From positions 540,001 to 572,000 of the forward strand of contig CP042461.1 in the NCBI GenBank assembly GCA_004563595.2: DNA of 32,000 nucleotides, given 5' to 3'. The position numbers were made by a program, and so were the translations under genes. The DNA comes from Candidatus Saccharimonadota bacterium. Its GTDB lineage: Bacteria > Patescibacteriota > Gracilibacteria > BD1-5 > UBA6164. A model generated the notes under the pieces. That model was given only the letters and a program-made list of their open reading frames with translations. It was not told the DNA's origin and made no database searches. Below, in pieces: positions 30,259 through 32,000 of the stretch. How positions within the stretch are numbered: position 1 is the first letter of the stretch; each line of letters opens with the position of its first letter.

Positions 30259-31506
30259 ATGAAAAAAAACATACTTTTAACACTGATAATATTATCTATA
30301 TTTATATTTACTACTCATGCTTATAATCTAAACAATAAAGACCAATTATTCATCAACAATATCACTCTGAAAATAGAAAAAATAATTTCTAAAAAATGAG
30401 AAAAATATAGAAATCTATTTATTAATAAATTAACAAAATATTCTATAAAGTATAGGGATACAAAACCAAGATATTCAGAGATATTTATATGAGTTGCTGA
30501 AAATATAACAATAGAAGCAATTCCTAAAAAATGTTATCTATGAATGGAAGTACCATCTGATTTAATGAGATTTTCAAAAGATTCTCCATGGAGACAAAAA
30601 ATATTAAGCACTCAGACGCTTGATAGTAATTCGGATGCTATGATAGCAAACTTAAAAAAGATCCTTACCATTGATCTTAAAAAATCAAAAGCAGTATTAA
30701 ATCCAAGCATTCAAAAATGGTCGTCACCAGTTCATATAATAGATAGTGATAACTGCGAACTATTTGACGTACAAAATGAAAACTGAAGTTACCATGACTC
30801 TATTGATCCTGATAGGGATTGAATTATTAAGAACATACCAATACCAAAAGAAATTTGGGCAGAACCAGAAGTAGACTGACATACAATTTTGATCGATTTG
30901 AATAAAAGAAAAGTTCGGGAATTTTCAAGGTTTCAACAGTTATCAAACTGAAAATATCAAGCGAGTACAGCTGCGATATGGGATCTAGATTCAAAATGAA
31001 TATGAAAAGCGTTTGATTGAAAAACTTGGTATAGGCAGTGAGTAAATGGAGCAGGAACGTCTTACTTTGGATGAATGATTACGTTTGAAGAAATGAAAGC
31101 CTGAAAAATTGAGCATGTACTTGCGGTGAGTACTCCAGCAAATAGGAAAAAAATGAGTAAATGATGAGCTTATAATTCTGAACTTTGTGCTGATGTAGCA
31201 ACAAGAACAGATGGATGGGGAATAGGACCAGAATTCATTTTAGAAGGTCAAAAAATTCAATTAAATCCAGATTTAGATCTTGATAAAATAGGCCTTTCTG
31301 AGAATGCAAAAATTATAGCAAGAGCATTGCAAGAGTATTGAGCATATGTAATGGATAATGCAAGATGATTTAATCTTATTATGCAAAACATGGATAGTGA
31401 TTGATCTGGAAAAACTTGGATAAAAGATTTTTCAGATGTAAATTTATTTGATATCCCCCTTGATGAATTTAGAGTGTTGAGTTGTGATAATGTAATGAGG
31501 AAATAA
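30259..31506 (+). CDS. secreted hypothetical protein, 415 aa
   Basis: Signal peptide MKKNILLTLIILSIFIFTTHA. In frame with track ORF 30544..30786. Many TGA codons read as Gly. I recognised no family. Confidence 0.7.
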
Positions 31507-31566
31507 CAAAATCAAACATAGCTATATTCATGTTTTGAATCTTTGCTCATTTGTAAAATGCTAATA

Positions 31567-31594
31567 AAAGAGAGGAATTAATCCCTCTCTTTTA
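31567..31594 (+). terminator. rho-independent terminator
   Basis: aaaagagagg-aattaat-ccctctctttt. Confidence 0.8.
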
Positions 31595-31666
31595 TGTTAT
31601 TTTTTGACTTAAGTCTTTTTTCCATATATACTACATGAAAATATAATATACGTAATATCTGAAATA

Positions 31667-32000
31667 ATGGATAAAAAATTAAACATAAAAATCTACTGAG
31701 TAACAACTGTTTGACCGAAATGACAAGTAATTATTCCTCGTGATTGTAGGCCAGAATTTGGAATAAATATTTGAGATGACCGTCCTATTATAACAATTGA
31801 TAATATTGCTTTTGGTTTACCTAATCCAGATAATTGAGATGAAATATGCGAGGATGGTGAACTTGATGAGAAATCGATTGATTGTTTTTGATCTGTTAAA
31901 ATATGAACAAAACACCAATTTGTAATCCCAAGTGAGATCAGGAGTGCTCTTTGAATAAAGAGTTGAGATTCGTTAGTTGTTATATGAAAAGAGTGAGAAT
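31667..32000 (+). CDS. AbrB/MazE/SpoVT-family DNA-binding protein with two SpoVT-AbrB domains (3' partial)
   Basis: VGPKGQVIIPRDCRPEFGINIGD and IGTKHQFVIPSEIRSALGIKSGDSLVVIGKE both match the swapped-hairpin consensus. The gene runs off the end of the window. Confidence 0.8.

Noticed and set aside
22097-31600. Calling the block downstream of tRNA-Lys an intact integrative element or prophage
   Set aside because: I could recognise no integrase, recombinase, transposase, or phage structural or replication gene. The only att-like repeat is about 100 bp from the tRNA, with no distal copy in the window.
1-32000. Reading TGA as stop (table 11) or as Trp (table 4, Mycoplasma-like)
   Set aside because: Table 11 breaks every conserved gene into fragments. 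Table 4 would place Trp at positions that are invariant Gly in LigA (KxDG), DHHA1 (GGGH), MerR (MxIGE), the TetR HTH and the FNR GG loop. TGG is already used at plausible Trp positions.

Overview
Strongly AT-rich bacterial window whose supplied ORF track is fragmented because the organism reads TGA as glycine (translation table 25, known from Gracilibacteria/BD1-5 and Absconditabacteria/SR1 in the CPR/Patescibacteria). In-frame TGA falls on invariant Gly positions of many unrelated families: LigA KxDG, DHHA1 GGGH, MerR M-x-I-G-E, the TetR HTH and an FNR nucleotide-binding loop. TGG is still Trp, and genes end in TAA or TAG. I re-called genes by hand under table 25. In order they are: two tandem secreted SH3b+CAP paralogs; a small hypothetical; an O-antigen-ligase-like membrane protein; a tandemly duplicated two-gene cassette of unknown function; a bacterial Elp3 homolog; a large type IV pilin-like protein; a TetR / membrane-fusion / RND efflux unit; nrnA; an ~880 bp non-coding, hairpin-rich spacer; ligA; an SPFH protein; trmB; and tRNA-Lys(CUU). 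Downstream of the tRNA is an accessory-looking stretch. It holds a DUF4440 protein, an LRR fragment, a ~890-codon protein built of seven ~95-aa HTH-like repeats broken by one in-frame TAA, a cluster of Cys-rich and redox-like small genes with MerR and an FNR-like reductase, a secreted hypothetical, and a partial AbrB-type regulator. I recognised no rRNA, CRISPR array, integrase or transposase. The observations most worth follow-up are: (1) a class of small, SD-led, monocistronic genes with no TGA, set against SD-less, TGA-rich neighbours; (2) the duplicated promoter-A-terminator-B-terminator cassette; (3) the HTH-repeat protein; (4) the long structured spacer upstream of ligA. All coordinates and translations were done by eye, and gene starts are less certain than stops.
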